Part shown: piece by piece, positions 41,219 through 57,528 of the stretch
Position numbering within the stretch: the stretch's first letter is position 1
Layout of the letters: each line of letters opens with the position of its first letter
From: the human T2T-CHM13v2.0 reference genome, Homo sapiens
NCBI RefSeq assembly: GCF_009914755.1
Contig: NC_060934.1
Direction: 5' to 3' (one strand)
DNA: 64,000 nt
The notes under the pieces: model-generated
Database searches by the model: none
What the model saw: the letters and a program-made list of their open reading frames with translations, nothing else
Told to the model about the DNA's origin: nothing
Translations under genes and position numbers: made by a program

Positions 41219-41286
41219 GTAAACAGAAATGATGCACAGTCTGCATATTTTATTGGTTTATTGATCAGCTTGGATAAAAAGTTTGC
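41219..41286 (+). CDS. MRC1: MRC1 exon 18 (68 nt), CTLD5
   Basis: cag|GTA..TGC|gtaagt; VNRNDAQSAYFIGLLISLDKKF(A). Confidence 0.94.
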
Positions 41287-41981
41287 GTAAGTAAATCAAG
41301 CTAAAAACAACTTTGCTTGGGTTAGTGTTCTGACCAATACCTATGAGTTATTTTGAGATTTTTCTTTGTGGAATGCATTTTTAAAAATCCTACAGCATTC
41401 TCAATTGAAAAAGCAACTTGAAAAAAGGAATTTAAAATGATTCTATTAAATATTTTCAGCACTATAAATTCCAAACAAACAACTCAAAATTGGATTCAGT
41501 TTTGCAAAACTACACTTTTCTTTGTTTTCAGATGTCATCATCTGTCAGTAAATCATCTACTAAAAAGTTGTTGTTTTAGACATATACAAATACTGAATTT
41601 ATTTAAAAAATTATAATCCCATCTGGGATGATAACCTTGCTAACCTTGCTGCTGGGAACCACAGTATCCTTTCCTATTGCCCTGTTCCCTGTGTTAGCAG
41701 CACTATTTTGAAGCACACTTTAAATCTGCAGGAAATACATTCCCTTTAAAAGGGTGATTGTACCATTTTCTATTAGATATAGGAGCCAGAAAAAGCTGTA
41801 GGGACATGAGAAAATGAATACATTTTATGTTCTTTTTTCTTGTACCTTAATACATATGTCCTCTAGAGTTTGAAGGGCAGATACGTCCTCCTGGCTCATG
41901 TGCAGATTTTTTTAGCCTTACATGTTCCAGGGGACTGCTATTGTCATCTTTGAGCAATAGAGACCTAAATTCAAGGTCATT

Positions 41982-42215
<234 letters not shown>

Positions 42216-42683
42216 TAAAGTGAAAAGGTCAAATTTCATGATCTCATGGCTGGTCCCCTTCTGGCTCTCACAGTCTCTGAATTTCTATAATTTATAGACA
42301 TAAGTTTAGCCCACCTACATTACAAGAAACTAGAGTAAACACGAGAATCAGAGAATGAGTCTAATGAGAAATTCTATACACTCTGCCTCTCCATGGGTGG
42401 TTTGGTTTTGTGGGAATCATGCCCGGGGAGTACGATGGGAGGATTTTTGTCTCTGGCTCACTTCCAGAGTAATCAGGGTCTCCACTTTGCGACTAAAGGT
42501 GGTTTCTTCCTGGGAGGGAAAAGAAGGTAGCCTGGACATGGCATCAGGGTTGCTACTGCGGAGCATGATGCATAGGACACACCACATACTCAGGCATTGG
42601 GGGTTTTCCTGCCACTCTCTGGAGGTCTCCCTCTTCTGGGTTGACTTGTCCTGTCCCACCAGTAGGCTGTAGCCAACTATTCT

Positions 42684-42981
42684 TTTTTATGAGGTGGAGC
42701 TTTGCTCTTGTAGCCCAGGCTGGAGTGCAATGGTGCGATCTTGGTTCACTGCAGCCTCCGCCTCCCAGTTCAAGCGATCCTCCTGCCTCAGCCTCCTGAG
42801 TGGCTGGGATTACAGGAGCCCACAACCATGCCTGGCTAATTTTTTTTTAATTTTAATTTTTAGTAGAGATGGAGTTTCCCCATGTTGGTCAGGCTAGACT
42901 CGAACTCCTGGCCTCAGGTGATCCACTCGCCTCGGCCTCCCATGGTGCTGGGATTACAGGCGTGAGCCACTGCTCCTGGCC
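42684..42981 (-). mobile_element. Full-length Alu
   Basis: Reverse Alu; degenerate TSD tgta(g/t)ccaa(c/t)ta. Confidence 0.94.
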
Positions 42982-43039
42982 TGTATCCAATTAGTCTAAT
43001 GATTGGATCGTTTCAAAATGCCTGAATTTTCTTTTCCAG

Positions 43040-43140
43040 TTGGATGGATGGAAGCAAAGTGGATTACGTGTCTTGGGCCACAGGTGAACCCAATTTTGCA
43101 AATGAAGATGAAAACTGTGTGACCATGTATTCAAATTCAG
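43040..43140 (+). CDS. MRC1: MRC1 exon 19 (101 nt), CTLD5
   Basis: cag|T..CAG|gtaggc; WMDGSKVDYVSWATGEPNFANEDENCVTMYSNS; EPN at 43086-43094. Confidence 0.96.
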
Positions 43141-43843
43141 GTAGGCAAGTCATGCATATTGAATTTGCTTTGTGGCGTGGCGTGTCATTTGCCACATCCC
43201 TAGACTAAAAGTAGCAAGTTGTGTGCTTACATCAGACAAGATAAGAAGAGAGAATAAAGGAGAATTCTAATTTTGGCAGCCTAACAGTTCAACTTGTAAC
43301 GAGAATAGATGCTTAACATTTACACTAGTAAATGACATAGTTAATCTTCTCACTTCTTCCCAAATTAGGAACCATTTTTTCATGTTCTGATTTGAAAAAA
43401 CTTATCCAGAATTTGTTTATCTATCTCCTTTATTTCTCTCTGGCTCCTTATTATTCTGCAAAATGGGAATAATGACACAATCTATCAATTGTTGAGAAGA
43501 TAAAATGAAATCATACATCTAAAATACTATGTAGATGCTCGGTGTATACAAAGTTTGCTGTTGTTAGATTATTATGATTAGCTACTACCATTTAGGTAAT
43601 ATATCTGCAACATCATGTACATGTTTGGTTCATAGGATGCTCTCTATAAAGTGGAACTATTATTAGTTTAAGTAAAACAGCAAAAGGATATTGCATGGAT
43701 ACCTCTAGTCACATATAAAAATAAAGTTTGATTATAGTCTAAATAAGTTTTGAGAATTCTTGTAAAATAGAAATATATTTTTTAAAATAATGTTTTAAAA
43801 CATAAACATATGAATCTAATTTAACTATTTCTCTCTTTGCCAG

Positions 43844-43989
43844 GGTTTTGGAATGACATTAACTGTGGCTATCCAAACGCCTTCATTTGCCAGCGACATA
43901 ACAGTAGTATCAATGCTACCACAGTTATGCCTACCATGCCCTCGGTCCCATCAGGGTGCAAGGAAGGTTGGAATTTCTACAGCAACAAG
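43844..43989 (+). CDS. MRC1: MRC1 exon 20 (146 nt), end of CTLD5, linker, start of CTLD6
   Basis: cag|GG..AAG|gtacta; (G)FWNDINCGYPNAFICQRHNSSINATTVMPTMPSVPSGCKEGWNFYSNK. Confidence 0.96.
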
Positions 43990-44385
43990 GTACTAGGAAA
44001 ATTAGTTGCAATCTTGGCACTGATCAGTATGGAGAGTGATGCAAATCTTTCAGCTCAAAGTTAACTTTTGCTAGCCTCATTACTTTAGAAAATTTTTGGC
44101 AAGAATAGGTGAAAATTCGCGTGACAAACTCTTTATGGAAATTGAGAGCATACTTGAGATATTATCCACATGGATGTATCCTTTCTCCCAAGGGAGAATA
44201 AAACTTTGCAAAGAAAGTGAGTGGGTCATAAAACTAACAATTTTTTAAATCTCCAGTTGGTGGTGAGAAAATTCTGATTTAGCTATAATCTTCATGAATA
44301 ATTTTGCTTTTTGTAGAGCAAAGTTGATCATCTTTAGTTAACCCCTGCAGTTTTTCTTTTTTTCTCTGCCCCTCTTCCATCCCAG

Positions 44386-44500
44386 TGTTTCAAAATCTTT
44401 GGATTTATGGAAGAAGAAAGAAAAAATTGGCAAGAGGCACGAAAAGCTTGTATAGGCTTTGGAGGGAATCTGGTCTCCATACAAAATGAAAAAGAGCAAG
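44386..44500 (+). CDS. MRC1: MRC1 exon 21 (115 nt), CTLD6
   Basis: cag|TGT..AAG|gtaggc; CFKIFGFMEEERKNWQEARKACIGFGGNLVSIQNEKEQ. Confidence 0.96.
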
Positions 44501-44659
44501 GTAGGCAGGCCATTTTGCAATTAGTTGTGTGTTTAAATATGGAATTCTGACTGCAAAATGGTAAAATATTGCTGACAGTAACTGACTTTTTGGTTTTCCA
44601 GTGTAAAAGCTAAAAAAGTGGAAAAAATCAAATGCTTATTGAAAACTATTTTATTCCAT

Positions 44660-44830
44660 TATAGCACGTATTAAGCTGTTTATTTTATATAAAGTCATCA
44701 CAACTCTAAGAAGCAGGTATTATGACCCCATTTTGTGAGTGGAGAAATGGTGCATAGACAGCTTTGAGTGAAGGAGCTTGCCTGTTAAGCATTAGAGCTG
44801 GGAGTCAAACCTAGGTTTGTCCAGCTTTCT
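44660..44830. mobile_element. MIR-like SINE fragment
   Basis: acaactctaagaagcaggtattatgaccccattttg...gagctgggagtcaaacctagg. Confidence 0.65.
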
Positions 44831-44989
44831 ACCAAATCAGTTTGCTCCCAAAGAGTCAAAGAAGAGTACTTCTAAGAATAAGATGTAAAATTGCTGCTTT
44901 CCCATTTATTGCTCTTCTAGTCACTTGATCATAGAACTTGTAATGCAGCAAAGTTGATATTTTAAATATGAACTTTGAACAAATTTTGA

Positions 44990-45151
44990 TTTTTTTTTTT
45001 TTTTTTTTTTTTGGTAACAAGGTCTTACTCTGTTGCCCAGGATTATAACTCACTGCAGCCTCGAACTCCTAAGCTCAAGCAATCCTCTTGCCTCAGCTTC
45101 CTCAGTAGCTAGGGCAGGCCTGGGCCACAATGCTCGCCTAATATTTTTTAA

Positions 45152-45182
<31 letters not shown>

Positions 45183-45283
45183 GGTAGAGATAGAGTCTCA
45201 CTATGTTGCCCAGGCTGGTCTTAAACTCCCATCTCAGCCTCCCAAAGTGTTAGGATTACAGGTGTGAGTCACCATACCTGGCT
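44990..45283 (-). mobile_element. Alu (AluJ-like, with deletions and long T runs)
   Basis: Reverse Alu. Confidence 0.9.
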
Positions 45284-46453
45284 TTGAAATATTTTTTGAT
45301 AAAACATGAAAATAAGCCAGAACTATGAAGGAGGATATTCACCATATCCATAGAGCAGATGGTAAAATTCATGATGTTGTCGTCAAAAGAAAGGTACCCA
45401 CCATTTCTGCATGATCTTTCTGTGGAGGCATCCACTGAAATAGGTATTAGGTTAAATTGTGACTTGCCCTTTGAGGAGGGTGTTGACTAACTGCAGGAGA
45501 TTAAGACTAAACTGATGAAGGGTTTCGAAATCACTGCAAGTGAGTCAGGGTTGAAAGACCCTCAAGTTATACAGCTTGGAAAAGAGAGGGTGTGGACTTT
45601 GAAGGATCATCCTGTGTCGCCTCAGATAGAAGACGTGGAACCAATGAGTGATGGTCACAGGGAAATAGATTTAGGCTCAAAATTAGGGGGCCATTGTTAC
45701 AGAACAATGGCTGGTATGTTGGCTGGTATGTAGTATAGAAGATGCTCAACAGTTGTTTGTTGTATATATAACTTTATAAGGACATGGTAGGAGACATATG
45801 GACTGAATGTTATGTAAGCTCTCTTTTGGTTCAGAGATTCTTTGACTTCTAGAATCATTTATTTCAAAAATGATATGAGAAAGAAAATAGAAGAAAAACA
45901 TAGGAAATAAGAAAGGCACTAGAAACATGTAGGGTGCTCTCTCAAAAGTTTATTTGGCTTTGTGAATGCCACCATGTGCTCTCTGAGAACACATTGTACA
46001 ATAAATCCCAACCAAGCTTTTACCGAGAACATTTGACAAGTTGAGCAATTTGTCAGGCACTGAAAGAAAAGGGTCAAACCAAAGCACACAGTACAAGAAC
46101 ATAACATTCACATTTCTCCAACTGGCCTACCCCATTTTGGGCTTAGCTACCCAGCAGAGAAACACAATAATTGATTTCTCCTCTTAACCACAAAGTGCTG
46201 ATTCCTGGCATAGTGAAATTGAAACTGGATAATAGAGATGTGCAGAAGGAAACAATTTGCAGATAAAATAACATTATTCCTGGCAAAACAGGCACACGTA
46301 GTTGAATTCTTATTGTGGTTGTAGGCAGAAAAAAAGTGCTGAATCTTGGCAGGTAGAGCTTTTCCATGTTTCATTTCAAGCTGGGGATGAGGCAAAAGTT
46401 ATGATCTTATTTGGAAAACAAAATAAAACCAAAACAAATATCTACCCATGCTC

Positions 46454-46747
<294 letters not shown>

Positions 46748-47295
46748 GTACTCATGCTCTTTTTCTTTTCTGAAAAACGGTGGAAGAGTTTTTTTTTTTT
46801 TTTAAATCCTTAATTAAGAAAAACAGAAGTCTCTGAGACGGTAGCTGCCTCTTCTACTCTGCAGAAAGAGTAAGCGTATAGCAATGGAATTGCTTGAAAT
46901 TTTATGAGATTGTTTGTTCATGAATACACAGATAATTGCATCTCTGCAGATTTTTATTTTGCATTTTCTATAAGTAACCCTGGATGCTTAGTCATTCTAT
47001 TTCCTATTTATGTTCAGCAGATGTGTTTAAGTGTAAATGTTTGCAAAGTGTTGTTCAGTAGAGTAGGTACTTGTTGGTCTAGGAGTTAATGACTCAGGTG
47101 GTGGTGTTGGCCCCAGATGGCAGCTGCCATGGGAGGCCTGGAGGTACGCTGAGGGAAGGGGAGGGGCACATGTACAATTCAACCTTTTATGTCTCTTGGA
47201 TGTTTGCCACCATCCTCTTGGCCACAGAACTGATAAGCAAGAAGCCATATTCTATAGTCTCATCCAGTGATGTGAGCACTTTATTACTAATTGAT

Positions 47296-47586
47296 TTGTG
47301 TAGAGATGGGGTCTCCCTCTGTTGCACAGGCTCAAGTACAGTGGCACAACCATGGCTGTCTGCAGCCTCGACCTCCTGGGCTCAAGTAATCCTCCTGCCT
47401 CAGCCTTTTGAGAAGCTGGGACTACAGGCGCATGACACCGATGCTTTGTTAATTTTTGTATTTCTTTGTAGAGACAGGGTGTCGCCATGTTGCCCAGGCT
47501 GATCTTGAACTCCTGGCCTCAAGCAATGTTGCTGTCTCTGCCTCCCAAAGCACTAGGATTATAAGCACCAGCCACCATCCCCAGCC
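47296..47586 (-). mobile_element. Alu (AluJ-like)
   Basis: Reverse Alu; TSD tgatgtgagca. Confidence 0.92.
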
Positions 47587-47744
47587 CCTGATGTGAGCAT
47601 TTTAGCATCAGGATGGTCCCCTAGATCCAAGCACACTGAGTATATGGGCAACTGATCTCAGGGATTTCTCCCCCACCTCCCCAGGAGGAATCTCAATTGG
47701 GAAACTTTTGGTTTGGCAATCTGAGATACTGATAATTTGATAGC

Positions 47745-48112
47745 TGTGTTAGTCTGTTCTCACACTACTATTAAGAGCTGCCGGAGACTGGGTAATTTAT
47801 AAAGGAAAGAGGTTTGATTGACTCACACTTCCACATGGCTGGGGAGGCCTCAGGAAGTTTACAATCATGGTGGAAGGGGAAGCAAACATGTCCTTCTTCA
47901 CATGGTGGCAGGAGAGAGAAGTGCAAAGCAAAGCATTAAAAGATAAAACCATCAGCTCTTGTAAGAACTCATCTCATTCACTATCAGGAGAACAGAATGG
48001 GAGAAACCTCCCCCATGATTCAATTACCTTCACCTAGTCCCACCCTTAATACATGGGAATTATTACAATTCCAGGTGAGATTTGGGTGGGGACACAGAGC
48101 CAAACCATATCA
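47745..48112 (-). mobile_element. MaLR solo LTR (MST/THE1-type)
   Basis: TG...CA ends, ggggacacagagccaaaccatatca; TSD a(t/c)agc; homologous to 31513-31892. Confidence 0.92.
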
Positions 48113-48586
48113 ACAGCCTAATGATTCTTGTTTTGACAGTTTTTATTTTTTCAGAACTGTCTGGGTTAAGAGTCCTTTGTCCCATAGTTATTATATAAAT
48201 CAGATTATCTTATTTACAGAATCGGGACAGCTGCTAATCCATACGGTGACTTTTTATGAATTAGAAAAAGTTTTGGTTGTAGGCAGCCACGACCCAGATA
48301 GGGGCGCACAGAATGGAGCACTTGGGCAGGGTGCAACTTGCACAAGTGTCTTCAGTGGCCTAGATAAAACCTAGACTTTTATTGTATGAAACTTTTCAAA
48401 GTCCAAAGCGCAAGTGACAACACAATGCTGATATTAGAATGTTTGTGTGTTCATGGTAGGTATTTTTAAGTAACAATGACACAAGTCACATGCTAAATAT
48501 TTTGAAATTCATATATTTTGAATATTTTCCATATTTTGAGTATTAACTCTCAAAGTTTAAAATTATATCATGAAATTTTCTTTCAG

Positions 48587-48753
48587 CATTTCTTACCTAT
48601 CACATGAAGGACTCCACTTTCAGTGCCTGGACTGGGCTGAATGATGTCAATTCAGAACACACGTTCCTTTGGACGGATGGACGAGGAGTCCATTACACAA
48701 ACTGGGGGAAAGGTTACCCTGGTGGAAGAAGAAGCAGTCTTTCTTATGAAGAT
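48587..48753 (+). CDS. MRC1: MRC1 exon 22 (167 nt), CTLD6
   Basis: cag|CA..GAT|gtaaat; (A)FLTYHMKDSTFSAWTGLNDVNSEHTFLWTDGRGVHYTNWGKGYPGGRRSSLSYED. Confidence 0.95.
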
Positions 48754-49142
48754 GTAAATATCAGATTCAGGTCACCTCTCTACACACCATCAGCTTGCAC
48801 AGGGTTATCATCTTATTGATTACTGTTCCATGAAAGAATCTACCAGAATACTCCTTGATCTGGTCTATGCTTGCAGATTTTACCTATTTCAGACTGAGCT
48901 GACTTTGAGAGAGGGAGTATAAATTCAGTTAAAAAATCTTTGGCTTGAGGAAGTGGCAATAGTGAGAGGTCAGGAAACCCAGTTCCATTCTGAGCCTAAC
49001 TTGCAGTCAAAAGAAACACTTCAACCTAGAGTTATCAACTTTCTTTGTATCACCTTCCCCTTATTCCTTGTAGCTGTTTTAGTATTTGGGGTGTAGGCCT
49101 GGAAGCTACTACTGCTTCTAAAGATCATATGATCATCATCCA

Positions 49143-49178
49143 TCATGATCATGATCATGATCATGATCATGATCATGA
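49143..49178. repeat. (TCATGA)6 palindromic hexanucleotide repeat
   Basis: 36-bp perfect self-complementary run. Confidence 0.95.
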
Positions 49179-49597
49179 GCTAATATTTGTAGACTGCTTA
49201 TTATGTGCCAGATGCTTTTGTACATTAACCTGGAAGACAGATTGCTACTTTATTTTACTACTTTTATTCTTATATAATTGAACAGCCAACTTATCAACAT
49301 CAACACCATGTTAGGGATTATAAAAAGTGTGAAGAAATAGAAGATTTTGTTTTTACCTTAAAAGTGTGTACACTTAAACTAGACCACAAGTCTTATATAA
49401 GAAGGAAGATAGGAAAGAAATGAACATGTCTAGTGACAGCATCAGCTATAAACACTGTAGCAGCTAAGAGGAAAGAAACTCACTGTGGGATGGGGTGATT
49501 TAATCAGTTGACATAGGTCTATGGTGTCCTATGTGCTAGACACTGTCTGCATGACATGGTGGAGGGAAGAAATATAAAAAAGAATCAACTATGGGTG

Positions 49598-50015
49598 TTT
49601 TCTTCCTTCCTTCCTTCCTTCCTTCCTTCCTTCCCTCCTTCCTTCCTTCCTTCCTTCTTCTCTCCCTCCCTCCCTCTCCCTCTCCCTCTCCCTCTTTCAC
49701 TGTCCCTTTCCCTCTCCCTCTTTCACTCTGTCAATCTCTCAACCTATTGCCACCCTGTTACCCAGGCTGGAGTGCAGTGGCATGATCTCGGCTCACTGCA
49801 ATCTCCACCTCCCAGGTTCAAAGATTCTCCTGCCTCAGCCTCCCAAGTAGCTGGGATTACAGGTGCCCACCACCATGCCTGACTAATTTTTGCATTTTTA
49901 GTAGAGATGGGCTTTTACCATATTGGCCAGGGTGGTCTCCAACTCCTGACCTGAAGTGATCCACCTACCTTGGCCTCCCAAAGTGCTGGGATTACAGGCA
50001 TGAGCCACCACGCCC
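49598..50015 (-). mobile_element. Alu with (CCTT)n/(CCCTCT)n expanded tail
   Basis: Pyrimidine microsatellite at about 49598-49725 followed by a reverse Alu body. Confidence 0.92.
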
Positions 50016-50491
50016 ATTCAGGTTTTTGTTTCAATAAATTTAAAACATAATAATTAGGGGAACTTAGCAAAAGGTTGAGAAAGGCCATGTTAGATGGTCA
50101 AGGTGGGCAGCCTTCAAGCAAGAGATACATGATGTGTTTGGGCAAATGGAGTAAATGGCTTTGAATACAGCAGGAGTTTTATCCAGAAAAAGAAGTAGGA
50201 GTAAGCTTCAAAAGGTGGGAAATAGAATTTAGAGAAATGTAGATGCCCTGTGATGGAGTCTGAACTTTGTCGAATAAGCAACAACAACAAAAAAAGCAGT
50301 GGAAAAATGACCTATTCAAAATGGCATTTTTATGACCATTAATAATTTGGTAGCTATTTGCCGGGTGAATACATTCTGGTGATGGAGCCAGACAGCAGCC
50401 CATAGGGTTGCTGTGTCTGTGAAGTAGCCATTCTTTTCTTTCTTTACTTCTCTAATAACATTGCTTTTACTCTAGATAAAACATAACTGGT

Positions 50492-50861
<370 letters not shown>

Positions 50862-50938
50862 TTAGATTTAATGGATGAGAGGTGAATTTCTTGTAAATCA
50901 AAAACATTCATTATTGCACATATTTTTGTTGTTTCTAG

Positions 50939-51420
<482 letters not shown>

Positions 51421-52581
51421 AATAATTTTTTAAAAACAATTTCAGGACTTTAAAATGGAGAGGATTAAATATAGTTAGAAAAAGAGAATGGGAGAGAACT
51501 TTTAATATGTGTTTTGTGGTGGAAATATGCTTGGATTGTAACAGGTTTTCTGGATCAGAGACTCTGAGCCAGGATAATGGGGGGTAAAAATAGTTAAGAA
51601 AGGAAATAGGGTGAGTGGAGAACTTTTGAAATGTAAGTTTCAGGTTGCCTGATAGTTGCAGCACATGGGATGAAGACACTGCAGGTTGACAAGATGTCTG
51701 TGGCAGGAGTGTAGGCTGTGATTCACTGTAGCTCAAGGGATGGGTTAAAGATGTGCTGACTTCACAGTGACATGTCTCTTAAGTACTTTCATTCAGAAAA
51801 ACTGCAGTCACCTTTTTTTGGTTGTCTTTGTGTGTCACTATTAGTGTATTATTATTGACTTAACATTTTCTTTAATTTCTAGGTATTTTGGAATTCTCCA
51901 ACTGTTACTGATTTCTAGTTTAATTCCATTGTGGTCTTAGAGAATAGTTTATGTGTTTTCTATTCTTTTAAATTTGTTAAGGCATGTTTTATGGCTCAGA
52001 ATATGGTCTGTCTTGGTGAATGTTTCATGTGATCTTGAGAAGAATGTATATTCTACTATTATTGGAAGAAGTAGTTTACAGATGTCAATGAGATCTGGTT
52101 GATTGTTGGTGCTGTCCACTTTAACTATGTTCTTACTGATTTTTTGCCTGCTGGATCTGTCTATTTTTGATAGAAGAGTATTGAAGTCTCCAGTCCTAAT
52201 CATGGATTTATCTATTTATCTTTGCAGTTCTATCAGTTCTCACTTTACATATGTTGATGCTCTATTGTTAGCCACATACACAGTAGAGACTGTTATGTCT
52301 TGGTGGAGAATTGTCCGCTAGATCATTACGTAATGTTCCTCTTTACCTCTGGTAACTTTCCTTGCCCTATAGTCTGCTCTGTCTGAAATTAATATAGCTG
52401 GTCTAGCTTTCTTTTGATTAGTGTTAGTGTAGCGTATCTTTCTCCATTTTTCTCCACTTTTAACTTATGTGTATCTTTATATTTAAAGTGAATTTCTTAT
52501 ACCAATATCTGAGTCTTTGTCTATTAATTTGTGTAGTTAGACCATTAACATTTAAAATGATTGTTGATGTAGCTGGGTTAA

Positions 52582-52911
<330 letters not shown>

Positions 52912-54076
52912 TAGTGGTTGCTCTTGAGTTTGCAGTATATATTTACAACTAATCCAAGTCCTTTTTCAAACAGCACATAAGAAAGCATCTCCTATTTCTT
53001 CCTCCTTTCCCGTGTAACATTGCTATAATTCATTTCACTTATCCATAAGCTATTATCACCAAATACGTTATCACCAAATACATTGCTGTCCACTTTTTAC
53101 ATTAGAGTCCTTAGTATATTATTCATAGTTGTTTAACAACAACTATAGTTGTTTGAAGAGACCGGTATCTGTTAGATGAATTCAGAATAAGGAAAATGAA
53201 AAATTCTATTTTTCTTTCATTTATTCCTTCTCTAATGCTTTTCATTTATCTATATAGACCTGAGTTTCTGACATATATAATTTTCCTTCTTTTTTCCTTT
53301 TAACATTTCTTTCAAGCTAAGTTTACAGGCAACAAATTTTCTCAATGTTTGTTTGTCTGAGAAAGTCTTTGTTTTCTTTTCACTTCTTAAGGACAATTTC
53401 ACTGGAGACAGAATTCTAGGTTGGTGGGTTTTTTCTTTCAGCACTTTAAATATTGCATTCCACTCTCTTCTTGCTTGCGTGGTTTCTGAAAAGAAATCCA
53501 ACGTAATTACTATTCTTGCTTCTTTAGAGATAAGATTTTTTTTTTCGTCTGGCTTCTTTCAAGATTTTCTCTTCATCTTTGATTTTCTGCAGTTTGAGTG
53601 TGATGTGTTTAGATGTTGTATCTTAGTATTTATCCTGTCTGATGTTCTCTGAGCTTCCTGGATCTGTGATTTGCTGTCAGTCGTTAATTTTGGGAAATTC
53701 TAAGTCATTATTGCTTCAAATTATACTTCTTCTGTTCCTTTCTCGTTTCCTTGGCCACACCCAGTGAGCCTATCAGAGATAGTCTTCATTTCTCTTAAGG
53801 TGTTTTTGATGTCTAGAATTTCCTTTTGATCCTTTCTTAGCATTTTCATCTCTCTGCTTACGTTACCTACCCAGTCTTGCTTGTTGTCCACTTTTTACAT
53901 TAGAGCCCTTAGCATATTATTCATAGTTGTTTAAATTTTTGATAATTCCACTGTCTTTGTCACATCTGTGTCTGCTTATTATGCTTGCTCTTCGCTTCAA
54001 ACTGTGTGTGTGTTTTTAAAAAATCTTTTAGTGTGTCTTATATTTTTATGTTGAAAGCTGGGTATATATTACAGTG

Positions 54077-54945
<869 letters not shown>

Positions 54946-56047
54946 ACGTAGTGGATAAAGGGAACAGAGGTAAATAGACATTTAGTGTGAGGTTTCATGT
55001 TTACTTAGCTACGAATTAGGCTGTGTTTGCTGTTTGCTGTCACTTTAGGTGTCAGAGGTTAAAATCTCTGGTGTCCTTGTTTCTGTCTCTCCTGTTGTCT
55101 TTGGGTTCTCCTAAAGACTTCTGAAATAATGTCAGAGAGGCACAGTTCTTCGGCTGTATCTGCCTGTTATCATACGGGAGCCCCAAGGATATGGTGGTAA
55201 GATATTGGGGAGGGGAAGTATTTCGTAGTCCTATGATGGGGACTCTGACTTTTAGGGAATCTGTGCTGTGACCTTCGAAAGTGCTTCTCGGTTTTGTTTT
55301 GTTGCTTTTTCATTTTGGGTGAGACAGGAAAGCTAGAGAGGCTGGAGTTGAGTATTTCTTTTCTCCTAGGTTAGTTAACGTGTGGTGAAACCGCAGTTAG
55401 TTAGGCACTGGTAAACTTGTTGCTCTTGAGTGCTGGTCTTATTAAGAACAGAATGAATGCTCTGTCGTATTTTAAAATGGCTCTTTTCCCACCTCTCCTG
55501 TTGGAAGCAAGAGGAAATTTTTCTCCAGTCTGCACTGTAAGAATCTGGTAGGACTCATGGAAGGAAAACTCAAAAAACTCTGCAGTCTCTCTAGGACTGC
55601 CTCCCCATGCACTCCTCTGCCAACAGTTTTTAATTTTCAAACTTGTCCACACTGAACCTCCAGCAATGTGTCAATGACATTTAGTATCTCCTACCTCAAT
55701 ACTTGTTCTCTTTTTCTGCTCCTGGGCTTCTGCTCTGGTCAATTCTTATTCCCTATATCCATCAGTCCGTTTCTCCAATCTGGGGGGCAGCTGTTTGTCT
55801 TGTGACCTCCATTTTCCAATGCATTTAAGAGAAGTTGTTGATGTTCAGCTTTTCTCGCCATTTTCTTGCATTGTGGTTGGGAGTGACAACTTCCAAGCTC
55901 CTTACATATCCAACTAGAGACTTAAGTTCTCAGCATTTTCTTTAAGTGTGCTCCTTTTTTTTGTTTTGCTTAAATTTACTTTAAAAGAAAACTTCTTTTT
56001 AGAAGAAAGTAGAAAATTGATATAGTCACCATAAATAGAAGATAACT

Positions 56048-56444
<397 letters not shown>

Positions 56445-56449
56445 TCAGC

Positions 56450-56774
56450 CCTTCCTTCCCTCCCTCCCTCCCTCCCTTTCTTCCTTCCTTCCTTCCCAAG
56501 GTCTTGTTCTCTCAGCTTGGCTGGAGTGCAGTGGTATGGTCATAGCTCACTGCAGCCTCAACCTCCCAGGCTCAAGCGATCCTCCCACCTCAGTCTCCTG
56601 AGTAGCTGAGACCACAGGCATGCACCACCATGCCCAGCTAATTTTGTTTATTTTTTGTAGAGTTGAGGTCTCCCTATGTTGCCCAGGCTGGTCTTGAACT
56701 CCCAGGCTCAAGCGATCTTCTAGCCTTGGCCTCTCAAAGTGCTGGGATTACAGGTGTGAGCCACTGTGCCTGGC
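56450..56774 (-). mobile_element. Alu (AluJ-like) with (CCTT/CCCT)n tail
   Basis: Reverse Alu. Confidence 0.92.
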
Positions 56775-57528
56775 CTTCTCTTACTTTAAATGAGCAAAAT
56801 GCCATATTTCAAATTAAAGTGTAGATAGTACATTGAAATGGGGCAGGCAGCATGTGTTTCTCTTACCTCTACTCCAACAGGACCAGGTATGAGGATTAGA
56901 ATGGAAATAATGGCATTTCAGAAAAAAAAATCTGAGATATATTTAGTACATAAAGGAAAGAAGGATTTGGAATGGCAAACACATTCACAACCAAACAAAT
57001 ATAATATTGTTCCAGTCCTGGCATACTCCCCTGTAAGACTATAAATAAGATGTGAAACTTTCTGGCTATACCAGCCACATACTATGAATCTATAATAATA
57101 CTTTTATAAATTTAGCAATGAAATATATAGATCATGCTCATTTCCCTTTAAAAATATGGTACCTACTTTTGGGTTTGAATACTGGTAATTAGTATGGAGA
57201 GGATACTGTGTTCTCCTAGTTTCTTTGATTTCTAAGTTTTTATAGTGTTGGATAAAAGGTCTGATAGCAAAATTTCTCAGTCCTGTCTCCAAAATTTATC
57301 CAAATCGGTTGGGTTTTCGATTCATATAGTGAGAGTTCAAATGTGGAGGATATGCATAGTAGGTAGAGTTGGGTAGAAAGTAATGATGGATTGAGCATAT
57401 CTTAAGTTAGGACAATCTTAAAATTTGGAAATCAGGGATAATGAAAGATTTTTTTGCTTATTAATGAATTGATTTCAATAGTCGTTGATTCATGATTGTT
57501 TTCTTTTTCTTTCTCCATAAATATACAG

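Noticed and set aside
49045-49281. ORF with HDHDHDHDH, resembling a metal-binding motif
   Set aside because: Translation of the (TCATGA)n repeat in intron 22
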